Of a stretch of DNA of 64,000 nt, positions 39,992 through 49,510 are shown in pieces. The stretch covers positions 276,173 to 340,172 of the IMG/VR virus record IMGVR_UViG_3300042473_001265; one strand, 5' to 3'. A program made the translations under genes and the position numbers. Within the stretch, counting starts at the first letter, position 1; each line of letters begins with the position of its first letter. Under the pieces are notes generated by a model, which saw only the letters and a list, made by a program, of their open reading frames with translations, had not been told where the DNA came from and did no database searches.

Positions 39992-40789
39992 ATGAATGCA
40001 GTCATTGATTTATTAACAGTGCCAGAATTAGCCAACAAACAATTTGCTTACTCCGGAATAGATACTTTAAACAGTTGTTTGGATAAAGAATTATTCATTC
40101 ATTGGTCACACCCGATTGAGTACAAATATAACACTAGAGGATTTCGTGATCAAGAATGGCCAGTGAATCTGGCCAATGCCGTATGGTGTATTGGTGATAG
40201 CTTTACTGTAGGAATTGGAAGTCCCGAGTCGCACACTTGGCCTAAAGTATTAGCACAAAAAAATAAATGTAGCACTATCAATATCAGTATGGATGGTGCC
40301 AGCAACGCCTGGATTGCACGACAAGCAAGATTGATATTGAATCATATTCGACCGCACTACTGTGTGATACAGTGGAGTTTTTTACATAGAACAGAAAACA
40401 AAAGTTTCAAAAAGATGCATCACACTGCGCTGAGTGCAGACTCTGAACACAATATACCGCAATGGCGCGAGCTGTGTGCAGAGTTTGCTTGCTATCCCAA
40501 TGTTGTTCAAAGTGTCATACCCGACGCTGCTCCGGGAATCAGTCGCTCAGAAGCAGAAGGTTGGTGGTGGAATCTGCGACAAGACAATTGGCCAGAAATT
40601 TTACCCAATTTACCGCCCAAAGATATCACAGTGCCACAGCAGTTTGATCAACATTGGCAACTGCAATCTATTCTGTCAGATTATAATGTAATTTTAGTGC
40701 AACAAAAAGACCGTGCTAGAGACGGGTTTCATTATGATATTCAAACTGCCAACTGGTTTGTGGACAAAATTTCACACAGGTTGCGTTAA
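39992..40789 (+). CDS. SGNH/GDSL-like hypothetical protein
   Basis: YNTRGFRD, GDSFTVG, GASN, DGFH. Confidence 0.6.
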   Translation: MNAVIDLLTVPELANKQFAYSGIDTLNSCLDKELFIHWSHPIEYKYNTRGFRDQEWPVNLANAVWCIGDSFTVGIGSPESHTWPKVLAQKNKCSTINISMDGASNAWIARQARLILNHIRPHYCVIQWSFLHRTENKSFKKMHHTALSADSEHNIPQWRELCAEFACYPNVVQSVIPDAAPGISRSEAEGWWWNLRQDNWPEILPNLPPKDITVPQQFDQHWQLQSILSDYNVILVQQKDRARDGFHYDIQTANWFVDKISHRLR

Positions 40790-41926
40790 TTGTGGACGAG
40801 TGTGCCACTGATTCATCTCTGTTTCTGTTTGTTGATCAATATCCTGGTCTGAATAAACATCGCCTAACCCGCATATTTTACTGTGTTGATCAGTCATCCA
40901 TTGATTGTAAACTGCTACGCACTGATCAAAGTTCTTGATCAACAAACGTTTTTCCAACAGAGTGTTTAATTTGATGGGTATTGGTGTGGTGAGTGTTTTT
41001 CTTTCTACTAATTCATCAATGGCCTGTTGAACTAATTGATATTTGGGTCCGTGTGTTAATAAAAAGTCCCGATCAGCACTGCTGAGACTGAGCGAGATGT
41101 CGTTGTGTGCAATGCTTTGTAGTTGCATATTCGTGTGGCTGCTGTGAGAATGTTCTAGCTGCAACATTTTATCGGGTGCAGGCAATTGTTGACTTATGCC
41201 ACTCAAATCGCTCAACAAATAATGACAGCGATTCCACTGCTGAAAATCAATGCCAAAATGTTCGTTCCAATTGATTTTTTTAGACTGGCCGCGAAATATT
41301 CCAAGATTCAGTATGTACTGTTCTATATTGGGCAAGTGCTGCTCGTATTCAAAATGACTGCTGACCACAAAGTGTTGATCTACCCATTCCAGATAGGCCT
41401 TGTATTTGAATAGGTAATTGATCATTATCCCTGTATCAACTGTGATTCTATCACGATACAGTGCGCCCAGTGTTTGTATTTTTTCTGCGTGGCTGTACAC
41501 ATTCAATCGTTTGGTTTCATTGTAAATGCACCAGCTCAATGCATGTTCTAATAGATTATGACGTCGGGCTTGAATAATGAAAAAGTTTTCGTTTAGATAG
41601 TTGTAAAAAGGTATCTGCTGCTCCAGTGAGTCTGCACGGCCTTGAATGTGATAGTGCGCCAGTCTAGACGTTTTGTAGTGATCAACAGAATTCAGCAATT
41701 CAGTTATGTCATCAAGGCTCTGATAATAACCCCAAGATCTTCCATTTGGCTTGCCCAGTACTTCACGCTGATAAGCAGGATTGTAATATTTGATCAGGCC
41801 ATTGCTGAGTTCGTGCAAGTTGATCACAGGACGATCAAAAAAATCGTGAAAATTCATGTACACTGTGATTAGCCGTTGCAATAAGGTACTTCCCACTCGA
41901 TCGGGGGTAAGGATTAATACATTCAT
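40772..41926 (-). CDS. Sulfotransferase-like P-loop protein
   Basis: ILTPDRVGSTLL resembles a PAPS-binding loop; start moved to ATG 41926. Confidence 0.5.
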   Translation of the reverse strand: MNVLILTPDRVGSTLLQRLITVYMNFHDFFDRPVINLHELSNGLIKYYNPAYQREVLGKPNGRSWGYYQSLDDITELLNSVDHYKTSRLAHYHIQGRADSLEQQIPFYNYLNENFFIIQARRHNLLEHALSWCIYNETKRLNVYSHAEKIQTLGALYRDRITVDTGIMINYLFKYKAYLEWVDQHFVVSSHFEYEQHLPNIEQYILNLGIFRGQSKKINWNEHFGIDFQQWNRCHYLLSDLSGISQQLPAPDKMLQLEHSHSSHTNMQLQSIAHNDISLSLSSADRDFLLTHGPKYQLVQQAIDELVERKTLTTPIPIKLNTLLEKRLLIKNFDQCVAVYNQWMTDQHSKICGLGDVYSDQDIDQQTETEMNQWHTRPQLTQPV

Positions 41927-42099
41927 TATGTACTTATCGAGGATAAATATCATATATATGTTATCATATATGTTTATCTTGCACCTTCTCTCTGACAATT
42001 TGATTTTTAGAACAGCAGTCGGCATTGTTTCACGCTTGACATCAATCGGGATGACAGTAAAAATAATTTATTTTGATATGACAGTCAGACTGGCATACA

Positions 42100-42789
42100 G
42101 TGGAAACTAAATTAAGTTTGCTTATACATGCTGATCCTGGAGCTAGGTCTGGATTCGTGGCTGCATGGCTTACTCAAAAATTAACCAAATTAACATTTGA
42201 TTCGGGCGAAGAACTTAAACCACAATTTTATAAAATACATGACTTAGATAATACACAACAAATTACAAATTTTAGTGGAATAAAAATAAGAATTCGTCCA
42301 ACATTAAAAATGATTGACTTACATTGTTTATTATTTTTAAGAAAGAATGTGCATGTTCAACTTCCAGATTTTACACGAGATGAATTTTGTCTAGACACAT
42401 TTACTAAACTAACGCATTTTGCACAAGAATTGTTTGAGAATGATGCACAGTTGAATTATTCCGTATACGATTACATTATAAATTTTGAAGATACATTTGA
42501 TACACAATGTATGATTGATTTATTTCAACAAATTAATAACAAATCACCAACCGCAGCAGAAATAGATATGTTACTGCAAACTAATCAGTTGAATTCTATA
42601 ACAATTGAAAAAAATCATAGCACATCAATTTTAAAATTGTGTCTTGAAAAAGAGGAACAATTGTCTTTGAAAGAATCAGAAAGATTTTGGTCAATAGTCG
42701 ATGTGTATAATACAGTAGATTGTGAATTATTATATGATGTTGTTTCGGATAAAATTAAAACAGAAAACTATGGAATATTCTTAAAATGA
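42100..42789 (+). CDS. AT-rich hypothetical protein
   Basis: 229 aa, GTG start, visibly AT-richer than flanks; PGARSGF weakly loop-like. Confidence 0.6.
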   Translation: METKLSLLIHADPGARSGFVAAWLTQKLTKLTFDSGEELKPQFYKIHDLDNTQQITNFSGIKIRIRPTLKMIDLHCLLFLRKNVHVQLPDFTRDEFCLDTFTKLTHFAQELFENDAQLNYSVYDYIINFEDTFDTQCMIDLFQQINNKSPTAAEIDMLLQTNQLNSITIEKNHSTSILKLCLEKEEQLSLKESERFWSIVDVYNTVDCELLYDVVSDKIKTENYGIFLK

Positions 42790-43298
42790 ACAACATAAAA
42801 AAATATCAACTGTACAAGTTCTGGGATGACGAGTATAAAAATTTAGCGTATGCTAATGAAAACTTCAATGATGTTGAGTTGTCGGCTCGCTGGGTGACAC
42901 AAGGATATCCCAACCGGTTCACCGGCGACATGTGTGACATGCGACATCCGCAGCCATCATGGAATCAACGATTTGTTGATATCTTTGCTGCCCAAGGGTG
43001 GCGAGACATTGGCACCAGTTATTATCGCATGAATACCGGAACAGTTTTGCCCACACACAGTGATCTATATTTGCGGTATATCGACCTGTTTGACCTACAC
43101 AAAAAACAGACAACCATACGGCGTGCCATAGTATTTTTAGATGACTGGGCACCCGGTCATTATGCCGAATACAGTGACCAGGCATTTGTAAATTGGTCAG
43201 CCGGCGCCACTGTGGAATGGAGTTATGACACTCCGCACATGGCAGCTAATCTGGGACTGACGCCCAGATACACTTTGCAGATCACAGGTCATGTATGA
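42786..43298 (+). CDS. Cupin/2OG-Fe(II) oxygenase-like protein
   Basis: HSD facial-triad start, RRAIVFL, distal PHMAAN. Confidence 0.7.
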   Translation: MNNIKKYQLYKFWDDEYKNLAYANENFNDVELSARWVTQGYPNRFTGDMCDMRHPQPSWNQRFVDIFAAQGWRDIGTSYYRMNTGTVLPTHSDLYLRYIDLFDLHKKQTTIRRAIVFLDDWAPGHYAEYSDQAFVNWSAGATVEWSYDTPHMAANLGLTPRYTLQITGHV

Positions 43299-44212
43299 TT
43301 GACAGTCGCAACGAATGGGATCCATTGCAAGCAATCATGGTTGGCAGTGCATCAATGGCCAACTGGCCCAGCTCAGACCCAGTGTTTGCCAAAGAAGCAT
43401 CTCGAACACTGTGGACCGAAACTCCTGTGCCCAGTGGGCCCGTGCCCGGCTGGATAGTAGAAGAAGCCAATATTGAGTTGGACAAGCTGACAGAAATATT
43501 AGTGGATTACGGTGCTGTTGTGTACAGACCGATACCAATGGACTTTGTGGCACGAAAAGGCATGTACAACTACTGTCCTAGAGATCGACTTATTGTGGCC
43601 GGGGACACTGTGGTAGATTGCAACATGATGTATCCTTGTAGAAATCAAGAATCTCAAGCTCTGCGCACAGTCTTGGATCAGGCCAGAATTATCAAAACAA
43701 TGCCACGAGATCAAGGCATGACATTGGACGCTGCCAATGTGTGCAGACTGGGCAACACATGGTTATATCTGGAAAGTCACAGCGGCAACCGTGCTGCATA
43801 CAATTGGTTGTGTGAACAATTTCCTGAAATCAACATTGAGTTATGTAACTTTTATGCTGGAGTACACATTGACTCCACCATTGTGCCTGTACGCGAAGGT
43901 CTCGTGCTGTTGAATGGCAGCAGAGTGAACGAGTCAAACTGTCCACGGGCGTTTGACTCTTGGGAAAAAATCTACATCAATGATGTGGTTCCGCAAGGCT
44001 TTTTTGAATATCCGTACGCATCCAAATGGATTGCGCTGAACATGCTGGTATTGGATCCCAAGACAGTTATTGTTGATTCGCAACAAACTGAGCTAATTAC
44101 ATTGTTAAAATCAAAGGGAGTTGATGCTGTTCCACATACACTCAGTCACAGTCGTACCTTGGGCGGCGGATTCCACTGCGTAACACTTGACACACGGAGA
44201 AAACATGATTGA
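43295..44212 (+). CDS. Amidinotransferase (glycine/inosamine-phosphate type)
   Basis: NEWDPL, YCPRD, DAAN, HIDST, GGGFHC catalytic Cys. Confidence 0.88.
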   Translation: MIDSRNEWDPLQAIMVGSASMANWPSSDPVFAKEASRTLWTETPVPSGPVPGWIVEEANIELDKLTEILVDYGAVVYRPIPMDFVARKGMYNYCPRDRLIVAGDTVVDCNMMYPCRNQESQALRTVLDQARIIKTMPRDQGMTLDAANVCRLGNTWLYLESHSGNRAAYNWLCEQFPEINIELCNFYAGVHIDSTIVPVREGLVLLNGSRVNESNCPRAFDSWEKIYINDVVPQGFFEYPYASKWIALNMLVLDPKTVIVDSQQTELITLLKSKGVDAVPHTLSHSRTLGGGFHCVTLDTRRKHD

Positions 44213-45482
44213 CACTGAAGTACTAAAACGAATGATAGAACGACAGATTGCTGAAACTGTTGGCAGTCATGTGTCGGGCGTACTCACATCCAACGAATGG
44301 GCTCAGCCAATTGAAGAAAAAATATTAAAATACACTCAAGATCGTATACTTTCCAAGTTTGCTAATTCAACTGCAATGCCCGAAATCATCGAAGCTGTCA
44401 AGGCAAGTGTGGGTGAGTTATTTGCCAATGGGCACATACCTGGAGTATCTGCATTTGTTGACAACGATCTCATACAAACCACAGTGGATAAAGGAGTAGA
44501 AAATCTAACACAATTAACTGTGATAGAACTGTTCAAAGACCCAGCATGGTTAGAAAAAATTGAAAAATTAGTTAACCAGGCAGTTGTTCGTCGAACAGTG
44601 ATGACCATTGGGTCAATTGATATTGCCACTATTATTCATCAGCGTGTGGATGAAAACATGGCTGTGTTCAAGCGTGAATTGCTAGAAAGTTTTTCAAGCA
44701 CTGGCATAGATGACAAAGCAACTGCGTGTCAGTTGACCATTATGGACGATGCCACTGTGATTGAAAATACATTGACTGCTCGGTCTGCAAATTTTGTAGA
44801 ATCTGTCACAGTAAAAGATCTGGCAGTAACAGGTTCTATCAACACAGACAACCACAGTTGGAATGCCTTGGCTGCCGACATCAGTGCCAAGACATTGACC
44901 CAGCTGGATCAAGATTGGAAACACCGGCTGGTTGCTCAGGTAGCAGATGAAATTAAAGCCAATGGGATTGATTTTGCCAATGTAAAAGTTGATGGATATC
45001 CATTGGTATCTGGTGCCGAGCTGGCCAGAACTGTGACACAGAGCAGTTTACGCAAGGTAGGTCGACTGCAGGACTTGATAGTGGATGGTGAAACAAGTTT
45101 GAATGAAACAGTGATAGTGGTAAAGAAACGAGTGGGCATCAACACAGAACAACCGGATGCTGCGCTGAATCTATGGGACGAGGAAGTCAGCATTTCCGCA
45201 GGCAAATATAAAAATCATGAAGCATATTTTGGAACCAACCGCGATCAAGCCTTGAACATCGGCGTCAATAAACTTCCGCACATTACCATTGGTACTGACG
45301 GCATCACCAGCATTAAAAAATTGCGAGTAGCACAGTACCTGATTGGGCACGGTATCTCAGTACCTGGCTACGCTGGTACCAAAGGCGACCTTGTGTTCAA
45401 TGTGAATCCTGTGCCCAACAGTGCATTTGCCTGGGTATGCCTGGGTGGTCACAACTGGAAAGTGCTTCGGGCAGCGGAATGA
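44205..45482 (+). CDS. Hypothetical protein, fibre-like C-terminus
   Basis: RVGINTEQP, GDLVFNVNP, WVCLG; start moved to ATG 44205. Confidence 0.65.
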   Translation: MIDTEVLKRMIERQIAETVGSHVSGVLTSNEWAQPIEEKILKYTQDRILSKFANSTAMPEIIEAVKASVGELFANGHIPGVSAFVDNDLIQTTVDKGVENLTQLTVIELFKDPAWLEKIEKLVNQAVVRRTVMTIGSIDIATIIHQRVDENMAVFKRELLESFSSTGIDDKATACQLTIMDDATVIENTLTARSANFVESVTVKDLAVTGSINTDNHSWNALAADISAKTLTQLDQDWKHRLVAQVADEIKANGIDFANVKVDGYPLVSGAELARTVTQSSLRKVGRLQDLIVDGETSLNETVIVVKKRVGINTEQPDAALNLWDEEVSISAGKYKNHEAYFGTNRDQALNIGVNKLPHITIGTDGITSIKKLRVAQYLIGHGISVPGYAGTKGDLVFNVNPVPNSAFAWVCLGGHNWKVLRAAE

Positions 45483-46036
45483 GAATCAACTGGGTTGTGG
45501 CCGACGCCACTGTGATTGCACCAGATGTGGACATTGCTGCTGTCAAAGACATTGCCAGCATTTGGGGCAGCTGGCGCACCTGGCGTGGATGCAGCACCGA
45601 CAATGTGGTGTGCAATGACGCCGGCAAAGCTCGCGAATTGTTAAAACGCAACATGCAAGAAATGTGCAACATGTATATTCCTGAGTCCATGTATGCTGAA
45701 TTGGATAGACCTCGATCGGTTCGGTTGTTTGGTGGCCAGTTTACATTTGCAGTAGACAATCAAGATGAACTGATTGCTATACAATTGGTATCTGGCCAAA
45801 GCGATATTGTGTTACTGATGGGATTTGATTGGACCGAAAAGCCCATCAGCAGTGATCGGTTAATAGCACACAGAGCAAACAACTATCGTAAATTTGTTGT
45901 GGACGCTGTACAAAACAATCCCCAAGTGCAATGGGTTTTGGTAGACCACGAAGGCGATGTCATGCCCGAATTGGCTGATTTTGATAACTTGACACAAGAT
46001 ACCCTACAAAATGTAATGGAACTACTGTCCACTTGA
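45479..46036 (+). CDS. Hypothetical protein
   Basis: Start moved to ATG 45479 (ATGA overlap). Confidence 0.65.
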   Translation: MRINWVVADATVIAPDVDIAAVKDIASIWGSWRTWRGCSTDNVVCNDAGKARELLKRNMQEMCNMYIPESMYAELDRPRSVRLFGGQFTFAVDNQDELIAIQLVSGQSDIVLLMGFDWTEKPISSDRLIAHRANNYRKFVVDAVQNNPQVQWVLVDHEGDVMPELADFDNLTQDTLQNVMELLST

Positions 46037-46061
46037 CAATGTCCAATGATCAGTGTACAAT
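46033..46061 (+). promoter_or_regulatory. Sigma70-type promoter
   Basis: TTGACA-17 nt-TACAAT. Confidence 0.8.
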
Positions 46062-46068
46062 ACTCTGT

Positions 46069-47100
46069 ATGACTACACTAAAGCGTATTGGTTTCTGTTG
46101 CAAATGGCTCAATGATCCGTCCGAATGCGGCGGCATGAAAGTCAATGCTGTGGACCGTGAACTCAACGGCCGATCAACCACCATGCGCTGGCTGCGCGAA
46201 CATCCTGCCGAAGCTGAACAGCGCCAGTGGGACATCATGAATCACAACACTGCTGCTGCTGTGCGAATGATCGAGCGTGTGGCCACACTGCCGGCCAATC
46301 GCAGAATGGTGCGGTTAGGCAGTGAAATGTTGCAAGGCTACACTGAACCCAGTTGGAAGGCCTGGTGGCAACGACCAGAGATACAAGATCATCTGGCTCG
46401 TATATTTGCACCCATTGGTGAAACTGCTCGTAGACTGGATGTTAGACTCAGCTTTCATCCCGGACAGTTTTGCGTGTTGGCAAGTGAGAATCCTGGCATT
46501 GTAGAACGCAGTATAGAAGAATTCGAATATCATGCAGACATGGTGCGTTGGATGGGCTATGGCCGAACCTTCCAGGACTTTAAGATCAATGTACACATCT
46601 CAGGCAAACGCGGACCAGCTGGTATTCGAGATGCACTCAAACGACTGTCGCCTGAAGCAAGAAGTTCAATCACAATCGAAAACGACGAAAACGCCTGGGG
46701 TGTTGACTCAAGTCTTGAACTGGCCAAAGACTGTGCTCTTGTGCTGGACATACATCATCATTGGATCCGTACTGGAGAATACATCCAGGCCACCGACGAT
46801 AGGGTCAAAGGCATAGTTGACAGCTGGCGCGGTGTTAGACCTGCACTGCATTACAGTGTGAGTCGTGAAGATGTGCTGGTGGATCATGCTGCGGATATCA
46901 TTCCGGATCATGCTGTGTTGTTAGAGGCCGGCTACAAAAAACAAAAGATGCGAGCACACAGTGATTTTTATTGGAATCAACCTGTTACTGATTGGGCTCT
47001 GACCTTTTGGGATCAGTTTGATATACAGTGCGAATCCAAAGGCAAAAACTTGTCCAGTGAACAAGTTTACCGTCGTGCTGTTGAATTGGGATTGGCATAA
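46069..47100 (+). CDS. uvsE: UV-damage endonuclease (UvsE/UVDE family)
   Basis: RLSFHPGQF, IENDE, LDIHHH, HYS, RAHSD, CESKGK; start moved to ATG 46069. Confidence 0.9.
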   Translation: MTTLKRIGFCCKWLNDPSECGGMKVNAVDRELNGRSTTMRWLREHPAEAEQRQWDIMNHNTAAAVRMIERVATLPANRRMVRLGSEMLQGYTEPSWKAWWQRPEIQDHLARIFAPIGETARRLDVRLSFHPGQFCVLASENPGIVERSIEEFEYHADMVRWMGYGRTFQDFKINVHISGKRGPAGIRDALKRLSPEARSSITIENDENAWGVDSSLELAKDCALVLDIHHHWIRTGEYIQATDDRVKGIVDSWRGVRPALHYSVSREDVLVDHAADIIPDHAVLLEAGYKKQKMRAHSDFYWNQPVTDWALTFWDQFDIQCESKGKNLSSEQVYRRAVELGLA

Positions 47101-47402
47101 TGAATTTTATTTCAAAAGCAGTCGGCAGTGTGCGTCAATATATTCGTACTGACTGGGCCAGCAATCGTGTGCGTTTTTGTACAGAAGTATTTGCCTGGGC
47201 TTGCAGCGTAGTTTCTGCTGTGATGTTTGCAGCCACAGTGCCCAATATTCCAGTGGTGCCACTGTATACGATTTTTATTGCAGGCTGTTTTGCCAGCGCC
47301 TGGGCATGTTGGACCAGACGGAGTTTTGGCTTGATGGCCAATTCCGTGTTCCTGGTTGTGATCGATGGTGTCGGCTTGATCCGATACCTGTTGCAGAATT
47401 AA
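47100..47402 (+). CDS. Small membrane protein
   Basis: Three hydrophobic segments. Confidence 0.65.
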   Translation: MNFISKAVGSVRQYIRTDWASNRVRFCTEVFAWACSVVSAVMFAATVPNIPVVPLYTIFIAGCFASAWACWTRRSFGLMANSVFLVVIDGVGLIRYLLQN

Positions 47403-47620
47403 ACTTTGGGTGCTCGTGGCTTGCGAGCAACAGCCTTGGCCACCGCCGGTTTCTTTGCAGCCGGCTTTTTCTTTTCAACCACCGCAGGAGCAACTTCCGC
47501 CACCAATGGAATTGGAGTAGTTGCAGCCGGCTCTGGAATCTTGTATGGTGCTGATTCTACTGTTGGTTCTTGTTTTGGCGCGGTGACAAAAAAGTTCTTA
47601 ATCGCTGATAAAAATGACAT
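47399..47620 (-). CDS. Small Lys/Ala/Pro-rich protein
   Basis: SD AAAGGA, late motif GTAAATA upstream; histone-like tail KKPAAKKPAVAKA. Confidence 0.65.
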   Translation of the reverse strand: MSFLSAIKNFFVTAPKQEPTVESAPYKIPEPAATTPIPLVAEVAPAVVEKKKPAAKKPAVAKAVARKPRAPKV

Positions 47621-47757
47621 AAAGTTTCCTTTTGGTTATGTTAAACATATTTACTCAAACTGCCAAAACAAGTGTAAAAAATGTTGAAGAATACTAATGG
47701 TTTCTACTGAGAGACACTAAATAACTCAGTAGAAACCATGAGAAAGAAAAACACACA

Positions 47758-47901
47758 ATGTTAAAATCTATCAAACAGCTCTTACAACAAGTTTTCTATC
47801 GGCCTTCGGATATTGAAATGTTCGTTTCAAGTAAGAATCCCAAAAATGCAGGCGATGTTGAACATTGGATGAGAGTATATCAGCACAAAGGAAATTGGTA
47901 A
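47758..47901 (+). CDS. Small ORF (47 aa)
   Basis: Follows late motif ACTAAATA; TAATG overlap with next ORF. Confidence 0.55.
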   Translation: MLKSIKQLLQQVFYRPSDIEMFVSSKNPKNAGDVEHWMRVYQHKGNW

Positions 47902-48029
47902 TGAAAAATTTTTTTAAAATCATATATGATCTATCGGACATAATCAGCTCTGCTAATCGCGCTGCTTGGCTGACACGCCGCGGACACATTAAACAGGCTA
48001 GAGAAATATATGAAAAGGCACATACATGA
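47901..48029 (+). CDS. Small ORF (42 aa)
   Basis: Coupled at both ends (TAATG, ATGA). Confidence 0.55.
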   Translation: MKNFFKIIYDLSDIISSANRAAWLTRRGHIKQAREIYEKAHT

Positions 48030-48127
48030 AAGACAGCATCATTCATGTGGCAGTAGCGCTGAGTGTGGCTGTTGTTGCGTTTGGACTGGTAACAGTCAAC
48101 ACTCTGCATTTGATTGGGAAATTGTAA
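48026..48127 (+). CDS. Small hydrophobic ORF (33 aa)
   Basis: Single TM; ATGA overlap. Confidence 0.45.
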   Translation: MKDSIIHVAVALSVAVVAFGLVTVNTLHLIGKL

Positions 48128-48128
48128 C

Positions 48129-48185
48129 ATGTGGCCTGTAACTGACGAAGAATGGGAAGCATGGTTTAATCAACCATCCAACTAA
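48129..48185 (+). CDS. 18-aa peptide MWPVTDEEWEAWFNQPSN
   Basis: Starts 1 nt after the previous stop. Confidence 0.4.
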   Translation: MWPVTDEEWEAWFNQPSN

Positions 48186-48338
48186 TTTGTCCTAACTAGA
48201 ACTTTTTGAAGAGATAGATCAGCAAAAATTGCTGCGTTGCACAAAAATCATAAATAAGTGTGTTATAATAACAACCATAGGATGCCGCAATAAGGCGGGT
48301 CTTATTTTCAGTAAACTCGCTTAAATTAGGAGAAAATT

Positions 48339-48620
48339 ATGTTTACAACCGACTCATTCGTGGACACCGTCCAAACAGCCAAAAAAACCTGGATCAAAAC
48401 TTTCATCACAAACAATCACATTGCCGAGTCAATGAATCATTTTGTTGACAGTCAAGCTGACTACACCAAAAAAGCATTCAAAGCAACCACTGATGCTGCA
48501 CAAGAAATTGCTGCTGAAACAGTCAAAGCTGCACAGGCTGCTGCCAAGTTTGACTATTCCAAATTTGGTGAAGGTATCATGAAGGCCTACTCTGCTCAAA
48601 GCACAGCCAAAGCCAAGTAA
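48339..48620 (+). CDS. Ala-rich amphipathic helical protein, phasin-like
   Basis: SD AGGAGA; late and extended -10 promoter motifs upstream. Confidence 0.6.
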   Translation: MFTTDSFVDTVQTAKKTWIKTFITNNHIAESMNHFVDSQADYTKKAFKATTDAAQEIAAETVKAAQAAAKFDYSKFGEGIMKAYSAQSTAKAK

Positions 48621-48638
48621 TATCCAGTTCAAAACCGC

Positions 48639-48688
48639 TTGACCAATGGATCCAGTTCGTGTACACTAGGTGCATGAACTGGATTTTT
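48639..48688 (+). repeat. Terminator-promoter element, copy 1
   Basis: TTGACC-17 nt-TACACT inside a hairpin ATCCAGTTC...GAACTGGAT followed by a T-run; 45/50 identical to 49511-49560. Confidence 0.85.
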
Positions 48689-48723
48689 TCTTGAGTGTAC
48701 ACAAACAAACAAATGGAGTCGAT

Positions 48724-49473
48724 GTGTCTGTAGATAATTTTGTAGTGTTAGACAGTGTGTATGGTAAATTTATTGTGGCCAGAACCTGTTTGTTCCAGGC
48801 CGAAGCCTTGGTCAAGACCGGCCGTACCCACATCGAAAGTGAGTTGGCCAATATTTTTGCATTGATCAACACACTGTCCGATGATGCAGTGATTGTGGAT
48901 GGTGGAGCCAACATTGGATTCTTCACTGTGCCTGTGGCCCACAAAACACAGGGCCGCGGCATTAGGATCATTTCGTTTGAACCACAACGACAATTGTTCC
49001 ATGCCTTGGGTGGCAGTTTGGCCTTGAACGGATACGATCATGTGTATCTACACAACCGTGGACTTGGCGCCAAACCCGGCATCGGCACTTTGCCCAAAGT
49101 GGATTACAGTCGCATAGAAGATTTTGGCACAGTGTCTTTGAACGATCAAACCAAACTCATTGAAGACAGCTGGATGGCAGACCGTTTGGTTGACATTGTA
49201 AGCATTGATGACATGCATTTGCCCAGACTGGATTTCTTCAAATTGGATGTTGAAGGATACGAAGTTCCAGCGTTGACCGGAGCTCTCAACACAATCAAAC
49301 AATATCGTCCGTGGATTTGGGTTGAGTATTTCATCACCGGAACTGAACCAATCAAAGCAGCCCTGGCAGACCTTACCGATTATTCTTTTTATTTGGTTGA
49401 TTACCAAAACATGTTGGTTGCTCCCAAAGAACGGTTGGCCAACATTTCCACAACAGGACTGCAACAAGTGTGA
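48724..49473 (+). CDS. FkbM-family SAM-dependent methyltransferase
   Basis: VDGGANIG, FEPQ, KLDVEGYE; start moved to GTG 48724 after GGAG. Confidence 0.9.
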   Translation: MSVDNFVVLDSVYGKFIVARTCLFQAEALVKTGRTHIESELANIFALINTLSDDAVIVDGGANIGFFTVPVAHKTQGRGIRIISFEPQRQLFHALGGSLALNGYDHVYLHNRGLGAKPGIGTLPKVDYSRIEDFGTVSLNDQTKLIEDSWMADRLVDIVSIDDMHLPRLDFFKLDVEGYEVPALTGALNTIKQYRPWIWVEYFITGTEPIKAALADLTDYSFYLVDYQNMLVAPKERLANISTTGLQQV

Positions 49474-49510
49474 CAACAGCAACACAATTGACCATTTGGG
49501 TTGCCTGCAC

